From a bacterium (GTDB taxonomy: Bacteria; UBA8248), in assembly GCA_965219955.1 (NCBI GenBank), contig OZ244799.1, positions 3,072,001 through 3,136,000 of the forward strand: a DNA stretch of 64,000 nt, written 5' to 3'. Made by a program: the position numbers and the translations under genes. Shown here in pieces: positions 49,145 through 59,287 of the stretch (position 1 is the stretch's first letter; each line of letters opens with the position of its first letter). The notes under the pieces are model-generated. The model did not search any database. It was given only the letters and a program-made list of their open reading frames with translations, and was not told the origin of the DNA.

Positions 49145-50509
49145 ATGAGAAAGAGTACCGTTGTAATTATAGGAGGGGGAGCGGCCGGACTGAGCGCGGC
49201 GTACACGCTCAAGAAACACGGCATCGAATCCATCTTGCTCGAGGCCAACGACCAGATAGGCGGACGCATGGGCGGCGACAGGGTGGATGGCTTTTCGGTG
49301 GATGCGGGCGCGGACTTCTTCCCGGCCTGTTACGACGTCGCATTTCGCTTGTGCGAGGAGTTGGGGTTACCCTTGATTCGCACGAAGATGAACATCGACT
49401 GGCGCAGAAAGGGTCGATGGGTTGTGACGAGGCCGATTGAATCCCTCGGCGACTTCATCAGCAACCTGGCGCCGTTCTGGACGTTAGAGTTCCTGTCGCC
49501 TCGGGGGTTGTGGCCGACCCTGAAGCTGGTCAAGAGCATCAAGGACGATTCGGAGTACCTGAATTACTCCAGCGACCACAAAATCGCCGAGCTCGACGGG
49601 GAAGAGACCTACGGCGACTACCTCGACAGACTTGGTATTCCCGAGTCTCTGAGGGTGACGTTGGAGGGGTTCCTGGAATTGACGATGGGCAACCCCGAAG
49701 ACTTCGGCGCGACGTGGATTCGGGCATTTCTGGGAGAAGTTCTGCTGAAACCCGAGCAGCTCTACGTGCCGGAGGAGGGCTGCAGCTCCCTGTCCTACGC
49801 CCTGGCCGACGCCTCGGAAGCCGATATTCGCCTCTCGACGCCCGTCAGGCAGGTGGTCATCCGGGACGGGATCGTGACGGGCGTGATCACCGACGCCGGC
49901 CTCATCGAGGCGGACGCCGTCATCTGCGCCGTGCAAGCCACGAAGGCGCTGGAACTTATCCCCGACCTGCCGCCCGGGATTCGCCACGCGCTCGGCAAGG
50001 TAACTTACTCGCGCGGGATTCGAGTAGTAGTCGGCCTCGACCACCGGCCGCTCCCCCCCGGCTGGTCTGTCGCATTGTACCCCGAAGACGACACCCCGGC
50101 GCTCTTGGACCGGACCATCAACCTGCCCGCCTGCGCACCGCCCGGTAAGAGCACATTGGACCTTTGGGTGGGCGAGAACCGCGCTGAGGAACTGCTTCCG
50201 CTCGACGATGCGGAGATCAGGCGCCGGATGCTCGCCGACGTGCGCCGGAACCCTCCTCCCGGCTCCAACCTTCCCGGCGACGACGAGGTGCTGTTTACCC
50301 GCGTGTACCGCTGGCGAGAGGCCGTGTGCATGGGGCTGCCCGGCATGTTCAAGGCGATAGTGGATATGCGCGCTCGACTCAACCAGGACGTGAAGAATCT
50401 CTTTCTGGCGGGCGACTACATGCGGTCGCCCATTGTGAACGGCGCCCTGGCCAGCGGCGTGGATGCGGCCGATGAGGCTGCGGAGTTGCTGGCGTCCCGC
50501 CCCGCATAA
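49145..50509 (+). CDS. FAD-dependent oxidoreductase (amine oxidase / HemY-like fold)
   Basis: IGGGAAGL..E..GGR..DAGA, LFLAGDY..GALASG. Confidence 0.85.
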   Translation: MRKSTVVIIGGGAAGLSAAYTLKKHGIESILLEANDQIGGRMGGDRVDGFSVDAGADFFPACYDVAFRLCEELGLPLIRTKMNIDWRRKGRWVVTRPIESLGDFISNLAPFWTLEFLSPRGLWPTLKLVKSIKDDSEYLNYSSDHKIAELDGEETYGDYLDRLGIPESLRVTLEGFLELTMGNPEDFGATWIRAFLGEVLLKPEQLYVPEEGCSSLSYALADASEADIRLSTPVRQVVIRDGIVTGVITDAGLIEADAVICAVQATKALELIPDLPPGIRHALGKVTYSRGIRVVVGLDHRPLPPGWSVALYPEDDTPALLDRTINLPACAPPGKSTLDLWVGENRAEELLPLDDAEIRRRMLADVRRNPPPGSNLPGDDEVLFTRVYRWREAVCMGLPGMFKAIVDMRARLNQDVKNLFLAGDYMRSPIVNGALASGVDAADEAAELLASRPA

Positions 50510-50554
50510 GAGCAGGCGTTCTTAGATGTAATGGGGCGCGCTCACCCTGTGGGG

Positions 50555-50777
50555 GCTGTTGAAAAAGCCTTTGTCAGTCGGTGTTGCGGTTGTAGGGACA
50601 ACCCTCCGTGGTTGTCCTTTTGCAGGATGGTTCGAATCAGGACAGGCACGGAGGCCTGTCCCTACGGGGCTGCGCCTCCTCGGTCGGTTCGATTGCCCCC
50701 TCATTTGTTGAAAGGCAACCCCTGCAACCGGATTGGCGAACTGCCTGAATCGGGCGGGCGCAGAGGCCTGCCCCTAC
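50555..50777. repeat. GTAG-type REP cluster between convergent genes
   Basis: GTAGGGACAACCCTCCGTGGTTGTCCT at 50592-50618; AGGACAGGCACGGAGGCCTGTCCCTAC at 50639-50665; variant ending at 50777; preceded by TGTTGAAAAAGCCT, as at about 7803. Confidence 0.85.
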
Positions 50778-50796
50778 GGACCAACGCGTTCGGGAG

Positions 50797-53091
50797 TCAC
50801 GACCTCGCTTTCAGGAGCGCCATCGCGACCCTGTCCGGCGTCAGGGGCAGGTCGTGGAAACGGACGCCCGTGGCGTCGCAGATCGCGTTGGCGATGGCCG
50901 CCGCCGTGGGCACGGTCACCTGCTCGCCGACGCCCTTCGCCCCGTACGGGCCGTTCGAGTAGGCATCCTCCACGATGAGGGAAGCCACCCGGTCCGGCAC
51001 GTCTTCCACCGTGGGAGCGAGGTAGCCGTGCATGTCGGGGTTTTCCATCCGCCCCTCGCGCTGGACGACCTCCTCCATCATGCAGAAGCCGATCCCCATG
51101 TAGACGCCGCCCTCGATCTGCTGCTCCACGCCCATGGGGCTGATGGCCCGGCCCACGTCGTGCGCGGCCCAGACGCCGGTGACCTCCACCTCGCCCGTCT
51201 CCTCGTCCACCAGCACCTCCGCCACCTGGCTGCCGAACCCGTAGATCTCATACGGCTCGCCCTGGCCGGTCTCCGCATCGACCTTGGCGGGCGGCGGGAT
51301 GCTGTCCGCGGCCCCGATCTGCTTGAGTTCATCGGCAACGAAGGCGCCCGCGATCTCGGCGAGCGTGACCCGCGTCTCCTCGTGCGAGCGCGAGCGGACC
51401 ACGCCGCCGCGCAGTTCCAGGTCCGCAGGGTCCGCCTCCAGCAGAATGCCTCCCAGCCGCAGCAATTCCTCGCGCGCCTTGATGGCCGCGTTGTAGACCG
51501 CCTTCCCGCCCTGCATGGTGATGCGCGAACTCGAACTCGTGCCCCCGAAGGGATCGATGGCGGTGTCCACGCTCTCCATCAGGAACTCAGGATACGGGAT
51601 GTCCAGCGTCTCGGCGGCGATCTGGCAGAGCACCGTCTTGCTGCCCTGGCCGAAATCCACGACGCCGGCGGCCACCTGCACCTTGCCGTCCGCCGTCAGG
51701 AAGACGTGCGCCTCCGCCGGGGAATAGGCGTTGCCCGTCCCGTAGAGACAGCTCGCCACGCCGCGCCCGCGCAAGCGGCCGTCCGCGGCTCTGCCGTTTC
51801 CTTCGCTTCCCCAGGAGGAGGCCCGCTCCACTTCTTTCAGCGTGTCGAGGAAGCCGACGCTCTCGGGCAGGTGCTGGTTCCACGCCGTACGTGTTCCGAC
51901 CCGAAGCCCGTTCACGCGCCTGATCTCGATGGGGTCCATCCCCAGCACCCTGGCGAGCGCGTCCATCTGCTGCTCGCCCGCGAAGTGCACCTGCGGACAT
52001 CCCGGCCCGCGCATCTGGCCCCCGTAGGGATGGTTCGTGTGCACGCAGTGGACGTCCACCTTCACGTTCGGCGCCTGGTAGGGGCCCGCGGCATGGTAGG
52101 TCGCGCGCTTGAACGCGGGCGGGTTGTCCCCCCCGTTGGCCACGTACGCCCCCTTGTCGAGCCAGACTTCTACTTGAACGGCGGTAAGGCGTCCGTCCTT
52201 CGTCGCCCCGGTTTTCGAGCGGATGAACGCCGCGTGGCGCTTGGTGGAGGCGATCATGCTCTCCTCGCGTGAATAGACAAGCTTCACCGGCCTGCCGGCG
52301 GCGCGGGCGAGGACGGCGGCGCGCAGGCACACGTCGAGGCTCGCCTCGCTCTTCCCGCCGAAGGCCCCGCCGGTGGTCGTCTGGACGAAACGGACCGAGC
52401 TCTCGCCCTTGAGGCCCAGTATGCGGGCGACGTTCTGCCTGACGAGAAAAGGCTGCTGGGTCGAACCCCATATCTGGATCCCGCCGCCGGGGTTGGGGCT
52501 CGCGCACGCCGCCTCCACTTCGAGATAGAGGTGATCGACGGCGGGCGTGGAGTATTCGTTCTCGACGATCACGTCGGCCTTCCCGAAGCCCTCCTCGATA
52601 TCCCCTTTTCGAATCTTCGCCTGGTTGAGCACGTTCCCGCCGGGGAAGATGACTTCCGCGCCCTCTTCCATCGCCTCGCGCGGACAGGAGACGACGGGCA
52701 GGGGCCGGTATTCGACCCGTATCAGCCGCGTCGCCGCCTCGGCCGCCTCGAGCGTCTCCGCCGCGACGAGCGCGACCACCTCGCCCGTGTAGCGCACCCG
52801 GTCGTGGGCGATGACGGGCATGGCCCGGTTATGGGCGGTGATGCAGGGATGCTCGGCCAGGTCGTCTCCCGTGAGGACGGCCACCACGCCGGGGACGCGC
52901 AGCGCCTCGCCCGCGTCGAGCGAAACTATCTCGGCGTGCGCGTGTTCGCTGCGGAGCGCCTTGCCGACCAGCATCCCCGGAAGCTGGAGGTCGTCGAGGT
53001 AATCCGCGGCGCCCGCCGCCTTTTCGGGGTCGTCCAGAAAGGGAAGGGACTCGCCGACTACGGCGCCGCCCATGTCTTTGGCTTCCGCCAT
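50797..53091 (-). CDS. Xanthine dehydrogenase family molybdopterin-binding large subunit
   Basis: LRSEHAHA, HLYLE, GGAFGGK, GPY, MRGPG, GQGS, QIEGG, AKGVGE. Confidence 0.92.
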   Translation of the reverse strand: MAEAKDMGGAVVGESLPFLDDPEKAAGAADYLDDLQLPGMLVGKALRSEHAHAEIVSLDAGEALRVPGVVAVLTGDDLAEHPCITAHNRAMPVIAHDRVRYTGEVVALVAAETLEAAEAATRLIRVEYRPLPVVSCPREAMEEGAEVIFPGGNVLNQAKIRKGDIEEGFGKADVIVENEYSTPAVDHLYLEVEAACASPNPGGGIQIWGSTQQPFLVRQNVARILGLKGESSVRFVQTTTGGAFGGKSEASLDVCLRAAVLARAAGRPVKLVYSREESMIASTKRHAAFIRSKTGATKDGRLTAVQVEVWLDKGAYVANGGDNPPAFKRATYHAAGPYQAPNVKVDVHCVHTNHPYGGQMRGPGCPQVHFAGEQQMDALARVLGMDPIEIRRVNGLRVGTRTAWNQHLPESVGFLDTLKEVERASSWGSEGNGRAADGRLRGRGVASCLYGTGNAYSPAEAHVFLTADGKVQVAAGVVDFGQGSKTVLCQIAAETLDIPYPEFLMESVDTAIDPFGGTSSSSRITMQGGKAVYNAAIKAREELLRLGGILLEADPADLELRGGVVRSRSHEETRVTLAEIAGAFVADELKQIGAADSIPPPAKVDAETGQGEPYEIYGFGSQVAEVLVDEETGEVEVTGVWAAHDVGRAISPMGVEQQIEGGVYMGIGFCMMEEVVQREGRMENPDMHGYLAPTVEDVPDRVASLIVEDAYSNGPYGAKGVGEQVTVPTAAAIANAICDATGVRFHDLPLTPDRVAMALLKARS

Positions 53092-53327
53092 GGCATACTC
53101 CTGATGAGAAGAGAACCGCGAAATGATAAGTCGATGAATGAGCCGTCAATCTACATGCTCGGACGGCGTTTGTCCACGAAATCGGGGGGACGGAAGGGGC
53201 GACGACCCGGCCTCCCACCCCTGCGCCGCCGCGACGGCTGTGCGATACTGAGGCGGTGGAGCCATGATTCGGCGGAGAGAACGCAGCGCCGCAGGCGACC
53301 CTGCGAACGATCTAAAGGAAGGACCCG

Positions 53328-54074
53328 ATGTTCGACGCGGCCACCATCCTCGTAATCGCCGGGACCTTCCTGCTCGCGGGCGCGGTCAAGGGGGTCATCG
53401 GCCTGGGCCTCCCGACGGTCAGCCTCGCCGTCCTGGCGGTGGCGATCGACCTGCCGAGCGCGATGGCCCTGCTCCTGGTTCCATCGTTCGTGACCAACGT
53501 CTGGCAGGGGGCCGTCGGCGGCCACGGACGGGACCTCCTGCGCCGGATATGGCCGTTCCTGCTGGTGGCGGCGGTCACCGTGCGGCTCGGAGCGTCCGCG
53601 CTGACGCGCGTCGATTTCGCGCTGCTCTCCGCACTCCTCGGCCTGCTGCTCGTGGCCTACGCCGCCGCGAACCTGCTCGGGCTCAGGTTCCGCGTCGAAG
53701 CGCGCCGCGAGAAGTGGGCGGGCCCGCTGGCCGGGCTCGTGAACGGCGTGCTGACGGGGATGACGGGTTCGTTCGTCGTGCCGGGGGTGATGTACCTGCA
53801 AGCGCTCGGCCTCTCCAGAGACGCGCTCATCCAGGCGATGGGGATGCTCTTCACGGTATCGACGCTGGCGCTTGCGTTCTCGCTCCAGGCGAACGACCTG
53901 CTGCGGACCGAGCACGGCGCGCTCTCCACCATGGCGCTCGCGCCGGCGATGGCGGGGATGGTCGCCGGACAGCGCATCCGGAAAAGGCTCTCCGAGGGGC
54001 TGTTCCGCAGAATCTTCTTCCTCTCCCTCCTCGCGCTGGGCGCCTACCTCGCCTCGCGCGCGTTCGGCGGCTGA
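53328..54074 (+). CDS. TauE/SafE family permease
   Basis: AGAVKGVIGLGLP, PSFVTN, NGVLTGMTG; about eight TM segments. Confidence 0.88.
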   Translation: MFDAATILVIAGTFLLAGAVKGVIGLGLPTVSLAVLAVAIDLPSAMALLLVPSFVTNVWQGAVGGHGRDLLRRIWPFLLVAAVTVRLGASALTRVDFALLSALLGLLLVAYAAANLLGLRFRVEARREKWAGPLAGLVNGVLTGMTGSFVVPGVMYLQALGLSRDALIQAMGMLFTVSTLALAFSLQANDLLRTEHGALSTMALAPAMAGMVAGQRIRKRLSEGLFRRIFFLSLLALGAYLASRAFGG

Positions 54075-54196
54075 AACCGCATTCGGGATTCCGGGAAGAC
54101 GGCCTGATTCGGGCCCCGCCCTCCCGCATCCGGCGGGGGCGGAGGGCGCACAAGCCCGCCTCGGGGTTGCCCTGCCCTCCGTGGTTATCCTTCGTT

Positions 54197-54274
54197 AGGA
54201 CAGGCACGGAGGCCTGTCCCTACGCCTCGTATCGAACGCGGCATTTCGCAGGGGCGGACCGATGTGTCCGCCCT
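54197..54274. repeat. GTAG-type REP copies
   Basis: AGGACAGGCACGGAGGCCTGTCCCTAC at 54197-54223, identical to 7918-7944 and 50639-50665; variant at 54248-54274. Confidence 0.8.
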
Positions 54275-54489
54275 TGTCATCGGCTTGCCCCCACTGCCCC
54301 TCCTCCTCAGGGGGACGACACCCCCGACGGATACGGGTCCTCGCTCTTCGATACAAACGCTACTTTCTCAGTCGCGTTTTACCTCCGGCGGCTACCCGGG
54401 GTGAGGAAACCAAAAAACATCCTCATCCCGAACAGGCTCGCAAGAGCCGTATCGAGGGATGCAGGAAAACCGTCTTCGCATCCGGCGGG

Positions 54490-54750
54490 GGCGGAGGGCG
54501 CATTTGTCCGCATTTGCGCGTGGCGGCGAAGTCCCGGCTCGGGTATGGTGGCGCTTCGGGAAGAAATCGAACGGAAAAAATGAATTTCCGTAAATTTCGA
54601 TAAAATTAGATAAATTCACGGGGTTTTTCGATACATTGACGGGGTATTTGGGGAAGGGTTCCCGGCCGGATTCAAGCCGGGAACGAGGCTGATCCTACCC
54701 CGGAGCGGAGGGGGCCGGTAGGTGCAAATGCGAGGAAATGCGGGGAATTT
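54490..54750 (+). repeat. Dispersed non-coding element, copy 2
   Basis: Core GATAAATTCACGGGGTTTTTCGATA at about 54609-54633; inverted flanks GCATTTGTCCGCATTTGC and GCAAATGCGAGGAAATGC. Confidence 0.65.
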
Positions 54751-54776
54751 CACGTTCGACCGGAGGAATCCATAAG

Positions 54777-55448
54777 ATGCAGGGACGAGAGAATCCAGCG
54801 CGCGCGCTTTTCCCCGGATTCCGCCAAGTCGCTGATTTATATGAGATTGAGACGGAAGGCCTCCCTGAGGCGGTCTTGCGCAGAACGAGGGAGGAGAAGA
54901 GCTGGGGCGCCTGGTCGATCCGCGATCAGGTGAGCCACGTGGCGTCCCTGCCCTACCGCTGGCTGCTCGTCCGCTGGGGGGCGATCCTCTTCGGCGACGA
55001 CCTCCCGCGCGATGAGGCGCTCCTCACCCGCTTCGACGGGCGGATGATGAAGGAGGCGTATTGCCCGCAAATTCAAGACCTTATCGGCGCCATGCGGGAT
55101 TCGTTCGGCCTCGCCTGGGAGGTGCTGGGAGCGGAGACGAGCGAATCGATCCGCGACGGGAGAAAGATATCCGAGCGCGTGCCGCACGGCATGAAACGGC
55201 CCGGGACCGGCGAGGACGTGCGCAGGTGGCGCGAAAACGTCACCCTGAAAGCCCACCGCACCGGCGTGTGGATCGACCCCGAAGATACTGAATTATTTCA
55301 CTTTAACCTCGAATACACGTTCCGCCACATCCTCTGGGAGGCGTACGCGCACCTCAAGACCATCCAGATGCACAAGAAAGAGGAAGGCCTGGAGCCGCTC
55401 GCCCGGATTCCGCAAGAGGGTTACATCGGCGTGCTGGAATGGGAGTAA
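54777..55448 (+). CDS. DinB/YfiT-like protein
   Basis: WSIRDQVSH and HILWEAYAHL motifs; GGAGG SD. Confidence 0.6.
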   Translation: MQGRENPARALFPGFRQVADLYEIETEGLPEAVLRRTREEKSWGAWSIRDQVSHVASLPYRWLLVRWGAILFGDDLPRDEALLTRFDGRMMKEAYCPQIQDLIGAMRDSFGLAWEVLGAETSESIRDGRKISERVPHGMKRPGTGEDVRRWRENVTLKAHRTGVWIDPEDTELFHFNLEYTFRHILWEAYAHLKTIQMHKKEEGLEPLARIPQEGYIGVLEWE

Positions 55449-55515
55449 TATCAATATAATCAATCATTTGCGTGAATAGAACCATTCGCATCCAAACCCT
55501 GGAGGACTAACGAAC

Positions 55516-56079
55516 ATGGTCGAGAGCATCAATTATCCCTGGCATGAGAGCACCGTGCCCGGCGAGCGGCCGATCGACAAGCCCGAACTACCGAAAGACG
55601 GTTACGAGATCACCATGCTCGCGGAGACGGAGACGATGGACGACGGGCAGCTCAAAATCGGGCGCTTCCGGCATTTCGAAGTATTCAGCGACGAGCCGCC
55701 CCGCATCGGTGGAGAGGACAGGTATCCCCAGCCTCTCACGTACATCGCCATGGGGGTCGGCTTCTGACTGTTGACCCAGCTTGGGCGGTACGCCCATATG
55801 ACGAAAACCACCTTCGAAAAAGCCGCCTGCCGCGTGGAATTCGATTATTTCCTGAAAGGTTCCGTCCTGAAAGGCGACGTGAACTCAGGGTGCAGAAGGG
55901 TGCGTACGCACTTCAAGGTCGAGTCGAGCGATTCGGAAGAGAAAATCGCGAACATCATCCGGTTGGCGAAACAAGGCTGCTACGCCGAGCAGATGGTTCA
56001 GACGGCGGTGCCGCTCACGAGCACGGTTGAACTGAACGGGAAAAGCATCGAACTGGATGGAATCACGAATCCCGCTTGA
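55516..56079 (+). CDS. OsmC-like protein with in-frame UGA at codon 84, probable selenoprotein of 187 aa
   Basis: ORFs 55516..55767 and 55771..56079 are in one frame; SDEPPRIGGED..PQPL..GVGF-UGA-LLTQ places UGA at the OsmC catalytic Cys; second Cys in KQGCYAE. Confidence 0.82.
55782..55796 (+). promoter_or_regulatory. Bacterial SECIS-like hairpin
   Basis: TGGGCG-GTA-CGCCCA starting 14 nt after the UGA, with G at the start of the loop. Confidence 0.6.
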
Positions 56080-56097
56080 CGCGTACGGGATGGTATC

Positions 56098-56173
<76 letters not shown>

Positions 56174-56365
56174 AGTATGTGGAGCGATCAACGGACAACC
56201 AAGGGTTGTTCCCTATCGGCTCATTCCCCGGAAAGGCAAGCGTTTCCATGCCTTTATCGGGAAGCCGGGATTCTAAAACGCGCAATCTCAGGCGTCAACA
56301 TGAAAACGCCTTGCATACTCGATGCGGGGCTTGATGTGAGGAAACCTCCTCCCTATGGTAAGAGA

Positions 56366-57379
56366 ATGGTGAAGCGATCTCCATATCCCGTAGGCAAGCT
56401 TCCGCCGGACGTGCTGGGCGCTCTGCTCGAGAACACGACGTCTCACCCGCGCCTCATCGTGGGTCCACAGGTTGGAGAAGACGCGGCCGTCATCGACATG
56501 GGGGATCGCTATCTCGTCGCGAAATCTGACCCCATCACGTTCGTGGAGCATCATATCGGGCGCTATGCCGTACACGTGAACGCGAACGACATCGCCTGTA
56601 TGGGCGCCACCCCTCTGTGGTTTCTGATGACGCTGCTTCTGCCCGAAGGGCGTGCTGAAGAGGCGATGGTAAGCCGTATCTGGGAAGAAGTAGGAGACGC
56701 ATGCGCCGATCTGGACATTACCTTATGCGGTGGACATACGGAGATTACCTCGGGACTGGAATTTCCGATTCTCTCGGGCCACATGCTGGGTGAAGTGTCC
56801 AAGGAGAATCTGATTCGTGGCGCGGATGCGCGGGCGGATGACCTGATTCTGCTTACGCGCGCGATACCCGTCGAGGGAACGGCGATCCTGGCGGATGCGA
56901 AATACGATGATCTGAAAAGCATCCTGGATGTCGAGATACTCGAGAATGCGAAAAGATACGTGGAATCTCCCGGCATCAGCGTGGTGGCGCAAGCTCTGGC
57001 GGCGGCCGGAACCGGCTCCGTACACGCGATGCACGACCCGACCGAGGGCGGCCTCGCCACCGGCGTCCATGAAATGGCGGGAGCAGCGGGTCTGGGGGCC
57101 ATCGTGGAGGAGAACCATATCCCCATCTCCCTTGAGGGTGGAGAGATTTGCAAAGCGTTGGATATCAACCCCTTGGGCGTCATTACGTCGGGAGCGCTTC
57201 TGCTGGCGGTTCCGGCGGGAGGCGAAGAAATCGTTCAGGAAGCGCTCACGGCGACGGGCGCGATGGGTGTCTGCATCGGCAGATTATGCGCGCCTGAATC
57301 GGGGGTCATGATTCGGCGCGACGGGAAGATTTTTCCGCTGCAACGCTTTGATGCCGATGAAATTTCCAAGGTGCTGTGA
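56366..57379 (+). CDS. AIR synthase-related (HypE/PurM superfamily) protein
   Basis: GKLP, GEDAAVID, SDPIT, NANDIA..GA, GGHTE, MHDPTEGG. Confidence 0.88.
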   Translation: MVKRSPYPVGKLPPDVLGALLENTTSHPRLIVGPQVGEDAAVIDMGDRYLVAKSDPITFVEHHIGRYAVHVNANDIACMGATPLWFLMTLLLPEGRAEEAMVSRIWEEVGDACADLDITLCGGHTEITSGLEFPILSGHMLGEVSKENLIRGADARADDLILLTRAIPVEGTAILADAKYDDLKSILDVEILENAKRYVESPGISVVAQALAAAGTGSVHAMHDPTEGGLATGVHEMAGAAGLGAIVEENHIPISLEGGEICKALDINPLGVITSGALLLAVPAGGEEIVQEALTATGAMGVCIGRLCAPESGVMIRRDGKIFPLQRFDADEISKVL

Positions 57380-57389
57380 GGAAACAATA

Positions 57390-57974
57390 ATGAAGCGACC
57401 TTTAGAGGGCGTGCTGCTCGATTTTGACGGCACGCTCACGAAACCCGCCTTCGACTGGCCCGCCATGAAAGATGAGATGGGATTGCTCGACGGGGATATA
57501 TCCATTCTGGATTATCTCCCAACACAATCTCCCGAACGGGCGCGTGAAATATCCGATATCCTTGAAAAACATGAACTTAAGGCCGCCGACATGGCCGAAG
57601 CCAACGACGGCGCACATGATTTGCTCGCTTACTTGAGGACCAGAAAAATCCCCTTCGGGGTCGTCACGAACAACGCGGAACGGCATGTTTTGAAAATGGT
57701 GAAAAAAATCAACATCTCGTTCGAGGTTCTGATCACCCGGGACATCGGCTACTGGAAGCCGGACCCGAGACCAATGCTGGCAGGCGCCGATGCCATCGGC
57801 GTAACGCCCGGCAAATGCGTCGTCATCGGGGACGGGAAATACGACATGATGGCCGCTGAAGCGGCGGGCATGTTGTCGGTTCACTTGTCGGAGCGTTCCT
57901 CGATTCCCAGCGATTTGACCCTTCGCACCCTCCGGGAAGCGCCCGCCCTGCTTGATCAACTCCTTGATACATAA
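57390..57974 (+). CDS. HAD family hydrolase
   Basis: DFDGTL, VTNN, KPDP, IGD..D. Confidence 0.9.
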   Translation: MKRPLEGVLLDFDGTLTKPAFDWPAMKDEMGLLDGDISILDYLPTQSPERAREISDILEKHELKAADMAEANDGAHDLLAYLRTRKIPFGVVTNNAERHVLKMVKKINISFEVLITRDIGYWKPDPRPMLAGADAIGVTPGKCVVIGDGKYDMMAAEAAGMLSVHLSERSSIPSDLTLRTLREAPALLDQLLDT

Positions 57975-57980
57975 AGACTT

Positions 57981-58012
57981 GGGGCACGCCCCCGAAGGAC
58001 ATGCCCCATTTT
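57981..58012 (+). terminator. Possible intrinsic terminator
   Basis: Imperfect GGGGCA..TGCCCC stem followed by ATTTT just after the HAD stop. Confidence 0.4.
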
Positions 58013-58409
58013 GGAAGGAATCCGCCCGACTCGGGCGAATCACTTGGCGAGATGTCAGTGAATCAGTATCGGGGGATCCTTCAACTGACCACCGGGGAGA
58101 AAAGGCTCCTCTATAAAAGGCGCCCATTGAGGGCAAAAGGTTCACACTCCTATAAATAGCAATAATCATGCCAAAGGAATGAATTCGACGCTCCAGAATC
58201 AATCTTTCCTTTAACCTTAAATTTATCAACGCGATAAAAGACCTCTCCAAGGCGCGAAATCCTGGACGAACCCTCCCGGTTGTGGCGTCCGACTTCTCAT
58301 TTGACTATTTTTCGGGAATGAACGGTCCGGGTCTGACAAAATGTCAATCCGGGGTCCGGGTAAGCGCCACGAAAAACCCTGAATCGCGCTTATCGAAAAA
58401 AGTCCCGGA

Positions 58410-58740
58410 ACTCCCCGCAATTCCGCGCAATTGGCGTCATCGCGTAAAGCACGGATCATGGCAGAATTCCCCTGCGCCCGGATGCCGCGGCGGTAAACCC
58501 TAAGAAAATAAATTGTCGGATATTTATCGAAAAACCCCGTGAATTTATCTGATTTTATCTTATTTTTCACATATTATTTTTTGCATTTTCACGCGTTCCC
58601 CGCCTCGCCGGAGCGGCCACCCGGATCCTTCGATCCGCGTCGCCTCCGCCGCCTGAAAAACGAAGGATGACGAGCGGCCTTTCGAGCATACCCCGTCGCC
58701 CCGAAAATCCCGTGACGGCAAGCGGGGAAATGCGCCTTCG
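58410..58740 (-). repeat. Dispersed non-coding element, copy 3, inverted
   Basis: Reverse complement reads GATAAATTCACGGGGTTTTTCGATAAAT then AGGGTTTACCGC..CCGGGCGC, as in copy 1. Confidence 0.65.
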
Positions 58741-58939
58741 CCGCTCACCGCATCTTTACCATGAGATACCGGAACCGTTGATTCGTTCCTTCCCGAATCT
58801 TGAATAATCTCTCCAAGCACAATCACAGGAACCTTTGATACATATGGGTTCCTTCCTGCCTTTCGTCGTACCCCCACCAGCGTTTTTAGACCATGCCATT
58901 TCACCAACGATTTTTCTTCCCTCATGAAGGCGAGTAGTC

Positions 58940-59120
58940 GCGTCTCCCGTTAAGAGATACGTCTTGCCGTGGGGAGAGCGGCAGCGGTAGCAGACGCTAT
59001 TGTCGGTATGACCCGGCGTCAGGATCACCTCAACATCGCTGCCTAGAAATTCGCTCGGGGGTGAGTCGAATAGCACGTCGGCGGAATCCGCCTCAGGTAA
59101 ATAAGATGCATCAAGCCGTC
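58940..59120 (-). pseudogene. Fragment of an MBL-fold metallo-hydrolase
   Basis: EVILTPGHTDNSVCY..GKTYLLTGD; no HxHxDH region, in-frame stop upstream, similarity lost after TGD. Confidence 0.55.
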
Positions 59121-59287
59121 CGCATCAGAGGCAAGAGGCAAGCGGCATCCCGCCGCCATCATGGAGACGGGATGCCCGGAAAGTTGAATTTCGAGTGAAG
59201 CCGCCCCGGCTAGAAGATTGCCCCGGGGGCGTCCGGCTTTTTCCGCTCCCCGGCGGAAGGGGCGGTTCCCGCTTCTGGCGGGGAGCG

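Noticed and set aside
56366-57379. Selenophosphate synthetase SelD next to the selenoprotein
   Set aside because: Same superfamily but lacks the N-terminal (C/U)xxK motif; GKLP and MHDPTEGG fit the HypE-related group
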